NCBI GenBank assembly: GCA_965662845.1 | Contig: CBFIJD010000003.1 | Coordinates: 387-64,386 of the forward strand | DNA from: an uncultured bacterium | Lineage (GTDB): Bacteria; SAR324; NAC60-12 | Length of the DNA: 64,000 nt | Direction: 5' to 3' | In this document: piece by piece, positions 1-8,582 of the stretch | Layout of the letters: each line of letters begins with the position of its first letter | How positions within the stretch are numbered: position 1 is the first letter of the stretch | The notes under the pieces: model-generated | The model's database searches: none | Seen by the model: the letters and a program-made list of their open reading frames with translations, nothing else | What the model was told of the DNA's origin: nothing | Program-made: the position numbers and the translations under genes

Positions 1-1078
1 CTGCTCATACACTTCATTCCACCACAGGTCGCAGTCGAGTTGTTCAGACTTGAGCACCGGGAGCTTCGGCACGTCGTTTACGATGTACGGGTAGCCGTAC
101 CCTGCGAGCGTTACCGAGGCTCCGATTTGCTCGGAGTGTTTCCAGCTCGGAGCGAGCGGCTGGTTCCACGCGACGCCAATCAGTGTTTCGAGCAGGTTGC
201 TCAACATCTTCAACCAGAGCGCCCCAGAGGTGACACCCAGGCGCACGTTGTATTCGATTGGCACCCATTGCCCTGCGCGACGCATCGCGGTGACTTGCAG
301 TGGTCCATGGAAGTTACACTTCCGCAGCCACGGCAGCAGCGGGTGGATCAGCTCGCGAGCGATTCCATAGCGGTCGTTGGGGTCTTGCTCGACGATGCCA
401 CCTAGCGGCGCACCGGCGACGGGGCCCATGTTACCGACAAAGGCGCGTTTGTATTCTTGGTTCGTCACTTGGCTGTAGATTTCGCCATTGCTCACGAACA
501 CAAAGTGCCCAGCTTCGGCAGTCCCTAGATACTCTTGCAGGAACACACCTTCAGCGTAATCCAGACGTTTCAGCCAGCCTCGTGTCTCTTCGACGGTCTC
601 GCAGACAATCGTGTGGACGGGGCTGAAGGGCGAGCAGATTGGATTCTTCAGCACATAGGGGCGTGGCTGCTCACGCAGGATCTGTTCAGCTTCGAGTCGG
701 TTCCGAGCGTGAAAAGACTGCGGTGTGGGGATGCCGTGTTGGGCGCAGAGCTGCGTAGCAAATTCGCGCGAGACCTCGATCTCCATCGCTTCGCCACGAG
801 GCGAGAGAATCGGGACGCTGCGTGCTAGCAGCTCAGGAGCCCACGGCTGGTTCCGCCAGTCAATCGACATGGGAATCACCAGATCGGGAGAAAATTTGTC
901 AAAGAGCGCCATCAAAGACGGGTGTTGCTTAGCAACGTAGGTGGGACCACAGAGTCCGGCACCATAGTGACCGTAGTCGCGTGTCAGATAGGTGTGTACT
1001 TCGGCGCCTGCGTCTTTGCAGATATGCGCCATCGCGTGGGCAAACGACCCCACGCCAAGCACCCAGACTCGGGGCATG
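1..1078 (-). CDS. PurD-like ATP-grasp enzyme (phosphoribosylamine--glycine ligase family). The 5' end is at 1078; the C-terminus runs off the window edge.
   Basis: The reverse-complement translation from the ATG at 1078 reads MPRVWVLGVGSFAHAMAHICKDAG...QEYKRAFVGNMGPVAGAPLGG.., continuous to position 1. It shows the GARS/ATP-grasp pattern (compare PurD ...HKR..DGDTGPNTGGMG..). It is absent from the ORF track because it has no stop inside the window. The plus-strand ORFs at 40-1110 are GC-frame artefacts. Confidence 0.65.
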
Positions 1079-1089
1079 GTTCTTCTCGC

Positions 1090-1773
1090 TTACGGTTTAC
1101 GTCCATGTAACATGTCGCGCTTGTGCGCGAACCCTTTGACTTTGTGGATCACAAAGCCCGAGGCATCCAGCCTCTCCCGTACCCGACTCGCCGCCGTGTA
1201 GGTAGCGAAGGTGCCACCGTGGCGGGTTGTGCGGGCAATTTCTTGGCAAACTTCCGCGCTCCACATCGCTGGGTTGCGGGCGGGGCTGAACCCGTCCAGC
1301 ATCCACGCGTCCACCGTCTCGGCCGGAATCCGTTCCAGCGCGTCGAGGACGTCACAGTGATGCAGGCGCAGCGAGATTCGCTCCTCCGACCAGATGAGGT
1401 AGTCAGGGAGCTTTGCCTGTTCTGGCAGCTGTGCGGAGAGCAGCTTGTTGCTCAATTCCGCTAGCTCAGGCCACTTCGCGTGCACCTGCCGCAGCTCGGC
1501 GACGGTGAGCGGGGCCCCTTCAATCGACTCAAAACAGAGCTGCCCAGCGCGGGGACGATGGGCTCGCCACTCCTGCCAGGCAGCTAAGAAGTTTAATCCT
1601 GTGCCAAAGCCGGTCTCGGCGATGCGAAACTGCGGCTCTGTTTGCCAGCGTTCTGGCAGCTGGTTGTGCTGCAAGAACACGTAGCGCGTCTCGTTCAGTC
1701 CACCTGAGCGAGAGTAATAGATGTCGTCAAACTCCGCTGAGTACGGAGTCTCGTCCTGCCACTGCAGGGTCAT
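1090..1773 (-). CDS. Stand-alone MnmC-type SAM-dependent methyltransferase domain protein (tRNA mnm5U-like, DUF752 family)
   Basis: MTLQWQ..PYSAEFDDIYYSRSGGLNETRYVF...IAETGFGTGLNFLAAW...DAWMLDGFSPARNPAMW is the hallmark of the MnmC methyltransferase domain. The FAD-oxidoreductase half is absent. Confidence 0.7.
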   Translation of the reverse strand: MTLQWQDETPYSAEFDDIYYSRSGGLNETRYVFLQHNQLPERWQTEPQFRIAETGFGTGLNFLAAWQEWRAHRPRAGQLCFESIEGAPLTVAELRQVHAKWPELAELSNKLLSAQLPEQAKLPDYLIWSEERISLRLHHCDVLDALERIPAETVDAWMLDGFSPARNPAMWSAEVCQEIARTTRHGGTFATYTAASRVRERLDASGFVIHKVKGFAHKRDMLHGRKP

Positions 1774-1779
1774 CCGCGT

Positions 1780-2640
1780 TTATTGCTGCTCTTCAGGTGG
1801 CGGTTCTTGTTCCGGCTGAGCGGCTCCGCCGCCTCCACCTCCGCCGCCGAAGCGGTTCACATTTTTGTAGTTGTATCCCAGAGTCAGCAGAAAACCGCTG
1901 GAGCTGTCTTCGCTAATGCTCGCGATCCCAAACGTCCAACTGTCGGCGGTTTCAAAGCTAACTCCTAGCGTTTGGCGGTCATAGCTCTCGCCGTCGTCAA
2001 TCTCCACCAAGAAGAAGGTGTCTCCGGTGCGGGCCTCGATTACGGTCAGATAGCGGCTATATTCGCTCTCGCTCGCTTGCAATCCAGCGTATTCAAACTT
2101 CCATTGTAAGTCCGACGGGTTCCCAAAGATGCCCCCAGCCCCCAGCCCAGCAACGGAGTAGTCTGTGTCGCCGACTTTGGCGTCTTCCGTGTAGTAACCA
2201 AGGTAGTAGCTGTCTGACAATTTGACCCCAAGGCCAAAGCCGCTGGTGGTGAGGTCTCCAGCCACATCGTCTTCAAACGTCGACATTCCATACCCAACCG
2301 CGAAGGTGTCGCTCAGCGAGAACGCGCCGCGAAACGCGGTTCCATTCCGATCTGAGGTGGTTCCGTCGCTGGCCTCACTCGTCTCATTCGCTAGGAATTC
2401 TACTTCGGCGCCTGCAGCTTCTCCGATCAGAGAGCCTGCAAACTCCTGTTTCTCGTTGTCTCCGCTCAAATAATTGACGCGAACATTGCCGGTCTCTCGC
2501 CACACGGCGCCTGTCGGGTTCACGTGGTTCCGGTGTGCGCTCAGATAGGGCGTCGCGACCTGTGCACTCACAGCCTCTGCGATTCCCAGCAGTGAGAGCG
2601 CGAGAGTCCACCCTCGCCATGTGCAGCGATTTGTTTTCAT
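1780..2640 (-). CDS. Outer-membrane beta-barrel protein with signal peptide and a Gly/Pro/Glu-rich C-terminal tail
   Basis: It has an N-terminal signal peptide (..LSLLGIAEAVSAQV). Alternating amphipathic strands end in ..LGYNYKNVNRF, a terminal-Phe beta-signal. These are followed by GGGGGGGAAQPEQEPPPEEQQ. It lies 7 bp upstream of the MnmC-like gene, so they are probably co-transcribed. Confidence 0.55.
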   Translation of the reverse strand: MKTNRCTWRGWTLALSLLGIAEAVSAQVATPYLSAHRNHVNPTGAVWRETGNVRVNYLSGDNEKQEFAGSLIGEAAGAEVEFLANETSEASDGTTSDRNGTAFRGAFSLSDTFAVGYGMSTFEDDVAGDLTTSGFGLGVKLSDSYYLGYYTEDAKVGDTDYSVAGLGAGGIFGNPSDLQWKFEYAGLQASESEYSRYLTVIEARTGDTFFLVEIDDGESYDRQTLGVSFETADSWTFGIASISEDSSSGFLLTLGYNYKNVNRFGGGGGGGGAAQPEQEPPPEEQQ

Positions 2641-2749
2641 TTCACGTCTCCAAATGTGTTTAGAAGCTTAGCCATACGCCAAGCATAGCAATCCATAGAA
2701 TTTGGATAATCAAGGTTATCTCCAAAATTTGAGAATATATACCATTGCG

Positions 2750-2822
2750 TGCTCCCGCCGGGACTTGAACCCAGAGCTTCGGATTAGGAATCCAATGTTT
2801 TATCCGGTTAAACTACAGGAGC
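2750..2822 (-). tRNA. tRNA-Arg (anticodon CCT)
   Basis: The reverse complement GCTCCTGTAGTTTAACCGGATAAAACATTGGATTCCTAATCCGAAGCTCTGGGTTCAAGTCCCGGCGGGAGCA folds as a cloverleaf. It has a 7-bp acceptor stem, a T-arm GGGTTCAAGTCCC, and an anticodon loop TTCCTAA giving CCT. Confidence 0.8.
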
Positions 2823-2829
2823 CCATCGT

Positions 2830-3273
2830 TCACCTGATCTTGGGAAAAAATGCTGCCGTCCGCTCTCGATACTCGGCATATTCAGGGAAGAGCGCAACCA
2901 GCTTCAGTTCTTCGCGTCGACTCTTGCTCCACAGGACGCCTAGCAGACACAGCCAGCACACCCCAGCCCACCACGTCTCTGATCGCAGCGTCCACCCTAG
3001 CGTCAGCGCTCCGACTGCGGTGTACATCGGGTGCCTCACGAATTGGTACAGGCCGGAGATCCGCAGTTCTGCGTCTATTTTGGGATCTGGCAAAACTCGG
3101 AAGTTCGACCAACGCATTGTAAATACGGCAACCAGCCCCAAGCCAATCGCAGCCCACTCCAGCAGGCTAATCCACCAGGTGCCCGCTCCAGCCATCAAAT
3201 AAATGACGGCGACCAGCCCCAGCTGTAACGTCACGTGCAACATGCTCACTCCTGTTGTTTGCTTTAGACACAC
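2830..3273 (-). CDS. Isoprenylcysteine carboxyl / phospholipid methyltransferase family membrane protein
   Basis: It is a multi-TM protein with the ICMT/PEMT-family C-terminal motif ..RISGLYQFVRHPMYTAVG...ALFPEYAEYRERTAAFFP. The start is probably the internal Met at 3243. Confidence 0.7.
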   Translation of the reverse strand: MCLKQTTGVSMLHVTLQLGLVAVIYLMAGAGTWWISLLEWAAIGLGLVAVFTMRWSNFRVLPDPKIDAELRISGLYQFVRHPMYTAVGALTLGWTLRSETWWAGVCWLCLLGVLWSKSRREELKLVALFPEYAEYRERTAAFFPKIR

Positions 3274-3289
3274 CGACCCCTTAGATTTT

Positions 3290-3635
3290 CGATCTGAGAA
3301 CAGACGCGATCACTCAGGATGCGACGCACGGAAGGCGCAGCTTCCTCTTTGCCTTCATTTCATCTGAAAACAGACGCGGGCTCCCGATCCGGTGTTGCCA
3401 TGTCTGGGCGCAGCTCGCCCTTCTCCATCCGGTCTGAGAACAGGCGCGATCACTCAGGATGCGACGCGCCAAATCCGTATGAGAACGGGTGCGGGCCCCG
3501 ATCCGGTGTTGCCATGTCTAGGCGCAGCTCGCCCTTCTGCATCCGGTCTGAGAACAGACGCGATCACTCAGGAAACGGAGCGCCGAAGGCGCAGGTTGCT
3601 TTATGGCATTTGGTCTGAAGGCGGACGCGCGCTGT
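3290..3635. repeat. Nested intergenic tandem repeat array. Roughly 70-bp A and B units alternate as A-B-A-B-A, giving a 114-115-bp super-period.
   Basis: tctgagaacagacgcgatcactcagga recurs at 3293, 3433 and 3547, with degenerate copies at 3363, about 3477 and 3613. cccgatccggtgttgccatgtctgggcgcagctcgcccttctccatccggtctgagaac recurs at 3383 and 3497. All were seen directly in the sequence. Confidence 0.8.
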
Positions 3636-3840
3636 CGTGAGAGCGGGACATTTCATCCCTAAGCTCTGAGTCGCTAGCGTTTCAGATTCGCGGTGACAGC
3701 GATCACGCGTGCAATGCGGTGGTGAGGTCAGGTGGCTCCGAAGTGTTGTCTTCGGAGTGAGCAGGCTTGCTCCCGTGGGGTAGGCAGGCTGTGGTTCGGT
3801 TGGACACCCCCTTTGGGTGCCCCCGTTAGTTTGTCAAAGA

Positions 3841-4287
3841 TCAGCCTTGTGCTTGAAAGGCTTTTGCTTTTCTGAGCGTAGATGCCGCCGCTGCGGCTCG
3901 TTGTTGGCGTAACTTCGCCTGCTGATTTCTCAGCTCAATCCATCCGTCGCGCAAGTTGTTCGAGACAGAGAGGACTTCGTCAATCATCGCTTCGTCTTTG
4001 CGCAGATTTGCTTCAACGATGCGCCCCAACATGAACACATAGAGGTTGCGCAAGTTCTGAGCGACTTCGTTGTTTTGCTCGACTCTCAGCGTGACCAGCA
4101 GCTCATTCACGATGTCGCGACTGCGGGTCAGGTAGTCATGTGACGCTTCGAAGTCTTGCTCCACAATTTTGGTTTTCGCCTTGCGCAGAAAGCGTGACAA
4201 ACCGTCATAAAGCATGATGATCAACGACAATTGATCGGCGGTTTGTACCTTCGTCTGGCTATAGTTCTTATACGGCAGGTTGGCCAT
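3841..4287 (-). CDS. fliS: Flagellar export chaperone FliS (paralog 1, 148 aa)
   Basis: MANLPYKNYSQTKVQTADQLSLIIMLYDGLSRFL...VAQNLRNLYVFMLGRIVEANLRKDEAMIDEV matches the FliS family signature. AGAGGAA sits upstream of the ATG at 4287. The ORF-track start at 4368 is probably an N-terminal over-extension. Confidence 0.85.
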   Translation of the reverse strand: MANLPYKNYSQTKVQTADQLSLIIMLYDGLSRFLRKAKTKIVEQDFEASHDYLTRSRDIVNELLVTLRVEQNNEVAQNLRNLYVFMLGRIVEANLRKDEAMIDEVLSVSNNLRDGWIELRNQQAKLRQQRAAAAASTLRKAKAFQAQG

Positions 4288-4348
4288 AGTTCCTCTGGGT
4301 GCTGAGTGGGTTGCATAACGAAAGGGCATAGATCCATCTTTGACCTTG

Positions 4349-4376
4349 TTATCGAACCGAACCCCCAAAAACTTTA
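4349..4376 (-). promoter_or_regulatory. Sigma-28 (FliA) class-III promoter in front of fliS paralog 1
   Basis: The minus-strand sequence reads TAAAGTTT-N12-TTCGATAA, against the consensus TAAAGTTT-N11-GCCGATAA. It lies about 55 nt upstream of the fliS start. Confidence 0.55.
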
Positions 4377-4576
4377 GGCTTTCCTACAAAAATTTTTCTT
4401 GGCCTGATCCTGTCTGGCCAACCTGAGCTGCGAAGAGTTGCTTGCCTCAGCTCATAATTAGCAGATTATTTTGGTAATCTAAATTACTCGATTAACCCAA
4501 AAATTCTCCCGTGAAGTGCGTTTGGAAGGCACCTCACTCTGTCGTATCTTTGGAACTATCTCTGTGCCTAGCCGCG

Positions 4577-5113
4577 TTAGCTGCGGAGGTTGATGCGTCG
4601 TTGTCCATCTGGAGTCAAGGCTCCCCCGTTGTCTGCGGTGGGTCTACGCGCTGCAGGCTGAGCAGGTCGTAGCGCAGGCCGAGCGGTTTGCTGCGGTGCC
4701 GCTTGTGGCGCGACAGGTTGCTGCGCTTGCCCTGCGGCGCCTTTCTTCCCGATGGAGACCCAAGCTTCTCGTAGCTCCATCAACAGCCGCTTAACGAGTA
4801 GCGCGGGCTGCGGATCTTTCTTCATGTTGGCTTCAATGAGCTGCCCAAACATGTAGCTGTAGAGTGCACGCAGATTTTTGGCGACTTCGCCGCCCTTCTC
4901 CATGTTCAGAGACGCCATCAGTTCCGCGACGATGTTTTTGCTTTTTACCAGGTGGGTGTGCGTTTTTTCCACATTCCCTGCTCGCATCTGCTCGATGGCA
5001 AAGTTGATATTTTTGATCGCTCCGTCATAGAGCATCACGATCAATTTGTTTTGATCCATCGTGTTGACGGAGGCACGCTTGTAAGCGTTTTGATATTTGC
5101 CGTACGCGCTCAT
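4577..5113 (-). CDS. fliS: Flagellar export chaperone FliS (paralog 2, 178 aa) with a Pro/Gln/Ala-rich C-terminal extension
   Basis: ..NKLIVMLYDGAIKNINFAIEQM...KNIVAELMASLNMEKGGEVAKNLRALYSYMFGQLIEANMKKD.. is a FliS core. A low-complexity tail ..QAQQPVAPQAAPQQTARPALRPAQPAARRP.. follows it. Confidence 0.85.
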   Translation of the reverse strand: MSAYGKYQNAYKRASVNTMDQNKLIVMLYDGAIKNINFAIEQMRAGNVEKTHTHLVKSKNIVAELMASLNMEKGGEVAKNLRALYSYMFGQLIEANMKKDPQPALLVKRLLMELREAWVSIGKKGAAGQAQQPVAPQAAPQQTARPALRPAQPAARRPTADNGGALTPDGQRRINLRS

Positions 5114-5152
5114 AACTGCCCTTAGATTGGTGCGTTCGCTGGTTCGTCGTGA

Positions 5153-8100
5153 TTATTTATCATCCTTCTTTTTACCGCCGCCGCCGAGAGCGGAGAGCTG
5201 CTGCGACAGGTAGTTCTGCTGTGCTTTGAGCCGCCCCATCGTGCTATCAAGCTTGGCAAACTTAATCATCAGCTGCTCTCGCTTAGCGTCAATTCGCTCG
5301 TTGATGGTGCGAATTTGCTTGTCGTAAGAGGTCAGCTGTTCCGTCAAGTCTTTGGTGACCTGCTTGAGGTCTCCGTCCACTGGATCGGTGATGCGGCGCA
5401 GGACTTCCTTGAGTCTAACCGCGATGCCTTTAGTGACAACGACGTTCGCTTCTGCAGCGGCCTGATCGACTTGATCTTGCAGCATGGTCACGAACAAGCG
5501 CAGCCCATCTGCGTCTGTGCCGTCTTTGCCGACGAGCAGTTGACCGCGCCCGTCTGCTTCCAGCCCATCAATTGTACCAACTACATCTTCGCCCTGCGTT
5601 GCTTCATAGCGACCTAGCCCCAGGCTGTTCAAATTCTTTTTCTCAGCGGGTTCGAGGTCTAGGGTTGATTTGGAGCCATAGATTTCAGAGGTGAATTGAA
5701 GCTGCCCATCTTTGGCTTCCACTCGGATCCCTCGCTTCCCTAAAAACTTGTCTTCACGCAGTTTGCCTTGGATCTCTTTCGCCAGACTCGCGAGGTTATA
5801 CACGTCTTGGCGTAGCTCAATTTTCTCGGAGCGCCTGTTGCCGCTCGTGAGATAGAACGCGTTGTTGGTTTCATTGACAACAATCGTCTCGTTCAAGACG
5901 GGTTCTCCTTTGAGCGTGGCGCGGGTCGCGGCTTTTTGAATGTCAACCGAGTAGCCGCTGGCGCTGACTTTGGTCTCGTCGCTCATTCCAACGAACGCGA
6001 TGGTGGGTTCGTCTGACTCGCCATAGCTGCGAAAGATTTTGGAGACGGCGACGAAGTCCTCGTTGATTTTTTCGTCTAGCTTTTGCTCGTCTAGCGACAT
6101 CACGCCTTTGTCATTGATGCGGATGCCGAGGGCAAAGAGCATATTATCTGTTTGTGGCAGTCCGGGGACGGTGCCAATCACTGTGGTCGCGAGTTCATTC
6201 ACCATCTGCGCGATCGTGCGGTCACTCAAGAGCGGGGCCGCCGTCTGCGTCGAGGCGTCATATTTGGTCACCTCTGTCGCAGTCGCGTTGAAGGTGTTGT
6301 AAGCGTCCACAAACTCTTGGATCAGTTCCCGAGCGCGCTCTTGGTCAGCGACCACGGATATGGTGATCGGGTCTTCACTAGAGTCCAAAATTTCGAGGTT
6401 CACGCCAGGAATCAGGTCGTCCACGTTGTTTTCATTGCGGCGCACTTCTAAGCCGCCTCCATCTCGTGAAGCTCCTAAGCGCAGCACCAAGTCTTGGGCT
6501 TTGCGTACCGTTGCGGTCGTGGTCGTGATTTCGAACGTATCGCCGGCGACCAGCTCTCCTTCTCCGAGGGAGATTGTCAGCCCAGCGTCGAAGGGGAGCG
6601 TGTCACCTGGAACATAGTTGACCCCAAAGTCGAGGACGCCTTCGTTGCCAAGCTCGTCTTCCCATTTCACGTCGACTTCCGTAGTAACGCCTACCGCCCC
6701 GCGCTGTTGCACAGTAAACGTGTAGGTGTTGTTTTCACCGCCGGTGTAATCGCCACCGATCGAGATTTCAGCAGAGCTAAAGAGCTTTTCGCGGACGATG
6801 GAATCGTCGAGAGACCCATAGCGGCTGCGTGCCTTGCTTGAGTCTTCTTCAAAATTCTCGTCGTTCTCAAAGTCGTAAGGTTCAAACTTGATGAACTCGT
6901 CGACCTTGCCTGTGTTGAGGGAGGTTTCCCCGTCACCGTCTAAATCATTCCACCAGTAGTTGGCCGCCTCTGGGCTGTCTTTCGGTTGCACTTCAATGGA
7001 GGCGGTGTCTCCATCGGCGACCAGTCCAAGCGGCACTTCGACAAAGAGTCCGTTTCCAATCGCGAGCGCGTTCTGGCTACGCTTATTAAACTCCAAATTA
7101 AAGAGTTCTTCGCCATCTTTGGCGTCTGTCGCGACCGCGCTCTGAAATGGGCTGTCGTCTCCGCCGATCCCTTCGCCGTAAGGCTCGGAGATCCTTAACT
7201 TTCCGCTTTCACCGGTCTCTGCGAACTCATAGTGCAAGAAGAGCGGCTGTTTTCCACCGACCTGTCCTGACCCTTCAATGCGGAAGAAGACCGTGTCTTC
7301 CTCTTCGCCGGTGTAGTCGCCAAAGACTTTGATTCCGCTGTTCTCGGCGTTCGATTGCCACTCTGAAGGCGCTTCGACGCGCGCGGCTCGCTCGGCGGCG
7401 TTCAGCCACCACAATGACGGAGAGCGCTCGGTGAAGGCCTTGACTTCAAAGGTGTCGCCGTTGACGACCTCGCCTTGGCTCAAGCGCAGCTTCAGTCCGT
7501 CTGCGATTTCGAGTTCGTTGCCGGGCTTGTAGTTGAAGCGATTCAAGCGCAGCTCGCCGTTGCGGCCCAGCTCATCTTCCCAGACGATGACAACGTCTTT
7601 TTCTCCGGGGACAACGCCCGCTTGCACCACTTTGAAGGTGAAGGTGTTGTCTTCTTCGCCGGTGTAGTCCCCCACAATTTCCGTGACGGGCGTTGAGGAG
7701 AGCAGCTTATCGCCTAGCGCTAAGTCTTCCAGACTGCGGGCGCGCTGTACCCCTTCCCACTCTGCGGTTTCGTCATACTTATCGAGGAAGTCTGGGGGAT
7801 CGACTTCTCCGCCTTCGAGCTTCACTTCGATGCGAATTTTGCCTTCTTCGCCTTTGCGGTTGCTCGTGAGCAGCAGGCGATTGGGCTCATCTCCGTAGGT
7901 TTTGGCGATGAACGCCTCGACCTCTGCGCCGGAGTCGTTGATCGCGTTTTTGATCCCTTCCAGCGTGTTGTTCTCTTCTGTAATCGAGATGAACACGGGC
8001 GTGTCTTCTTCGCCTTCTCCCACTTGGATGCGGATACGGCCAGTTCCTAGCGCGACGTCGGTGAACTCATATCCTTGCGACGAGATCTGATGCGAAGTCG

Positions 8101-8419
8101 CGATGGAGTCGACGGCGATGGTGGTCTTGCCCGGCTCTGCCGAGGGCCCTCCTGTGGCCACGATCACTTCGGGTTTGCCGGAGGTGACGGTCTTCGCTTC
8201 CCAGATTCCCTTTCGATCGAGCGACTCGACGGTCTCTTTCAGCTTAGAGATCTCCGTCTGTAGCGCGCCCCACGCGTCGGCTTCGAGCAGCTTCTGCTCT
8301 TTGCGCTGTTCAACCGGCTGCAGGCGTCGTTTCTCGATCTTAATGAAGCGGTCAATGATCTCTGAGGTGTTCAGTTTCGACCCCAGTCCCATCACCGCGT
8401 TCGGGTTCATCTCCGCCAA
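5153..8419 (-). CDS. fliD: Flagellar filament cap protein FliD (hook-associated protein 2). Giant 1088-aa form with internal triplicated insert.
   Basis: The N-terminus (MAEMNPNAVMGLGSKLNTSEIIDRFIKIEKRRLQPVEQRKEQ..) and C-terminus (..DLKQVTKDLTEQLTSYDKQIRTINERIDAKREQLMIKFAKLDSTMGRLKAQQNYLSQQL) are typical FliD coiled-coil ends. The centre contains three repeats of about 100 aa carrying GDYTGEE(D/E)NT(F/Y)TF.V. An AAGGAGG ribosome-binding site is present. Confidence 0.9.
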   Translation of the reverse strand: MAEMNPNAVMGLGSKLNTSEIIDRFIKIEKRRLQPVEQRKEQKLLEADAWGALQTEISKLKETVESLDRKGIWEAKTVTSGKPEVIVATGGPSAEPGKTTIAVDSIATSHQISSQGYEFTDVALGTGRIRIQVGEGEEDTPVFISITEENNTLEGIKNAINDSGAEVEAFIAKTYGDEPNRLLLTSNRKGEEGKIRIEVKLEGGEVDPPDFLDKYDETAEWEGVQRARSLEDLALGDKLLSSTPVTEIVGDYTGEEDNTFTFKVVQAGVVPGEKDVVIVWEDELGRNGELRLNRFNYKPGNELEIADGLKLRLSQGEVVNGDTFEVKAFTERSPSLWWLNAAERAARVEAPSEWQSNAENSGIKVFGDYTGEEEDTVFFRIEGSGQVGGKQPLFLHYEFAETGESGKLRISEPYGEGIGGDDSPFQSAVATDAKDGEELFNLEFNKRSQNALAIGNGLFVEVPLGLVADGDTASIEVQPKDSPEAANYWWNDLDGDGETSLNTGKVDEFIKFEPYDFENDENFEEDSSKARSRYGSLDDSIVREKLFSSAEISIGGDYTGGENNTYTFTVQQRGAVGVTTEVDVKWEDELGNEGVLDFGVNYVPGDTLPFDAGLTISLGEGELVAGDTFEITTTTATVRKAQDLVLRLGASRDGGGLEVRRNENNVDDLIPGVNLEILDSSEDPITISVVADQERARELIQEFVDAYNTFNATATEVTKYDASTQTAAPLLSDRTIAQMVNELATTVIGTVPGLPQTDNMLFALGIRINDKGVMSLDEQKLDEKINEDFVAVSKIFRSYGESDEPTIAFVGMSDETKVSASGYSVDIQKAATRATLKGEPVLNETIVVNETNNAFYLTSGNRRSEKIELRQDVYNLASLAKEIQGKLREDKFLGKRGIRVEAKDGQLQFTSEIYGSKSTLDLEPAEKKNLNSLGLGRYEATQGEDVVGTIDGLEADGRGQLLVGKDGTDADGLRLFVTMLQDQVDQAAAEANVVVTKGIAVRLKEVLRRITDPVDGDLKQVTKDLTEQLTSYDKQIRTINERIDAKREQLMIKFAKLDSTMGRLKAQQNYLSQQLSALGGGGKKKDDK

Positions 8420-8582
8420 GGTGCCTCCTTGAAGATTTCGTCTCTTGCGTCGGGGCAGAAATTGCCACCGTTTGTTCGCTTGCTAAGAAACTGATTTTAT
8501 TCCGCAAACCTGGCCCTGATCTCAGGACAAAGGCCATTCGAAAAAATCTTCAAGAATTATTCCAGCGGTTTCGCTCGTAGCG

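Noticed and set aside
40-1110. Overlapping plus-strand ORFs 40-405, 300-626, 535-828, 725-940 and 922-1110
   Set aside because: Their translations are Arg-rich GC-frame noise. The minus strand encodes a continuous PurD-like ATP-grasp protein from 1078 to the window edge. The track omits it only because it lacks an in-window stop.
3319-3618. 99-aa plus-strand ORF with internally repeated peptide (..RSGVAMS.RSSPF.IRSENRRDHSG..)
   Set aside because: It lies entirely inside the nested DNA repeat array. The protein repeats simply mirror the nucleotide repeats, the composition is Arg/Ser-rich and non-protein-like, and there is no ribosome-binding site. I treated it as an artefact of the repeat.
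3290-3635. Possible CRISPR array
   Set aside because: The would-be spacers are themselves repeated (A-B-A-B pattern). Unit lengths of 70 and 114 bp do not fit CRISPR repeat-spacer geometry, and no cas genes are nearby.
8420-8582. Sigma-54 or sigma-28 promoter between fliC and fliD
   Set aside because: The best candidate (TGGCAA-N5-GCC) lacks the -12 TTGC element, and no TAAA-N15-GCCGATAA match is present. I annotated no promoter here. fliD may be read through from fliC, or may use a promoter I cannot recognise.
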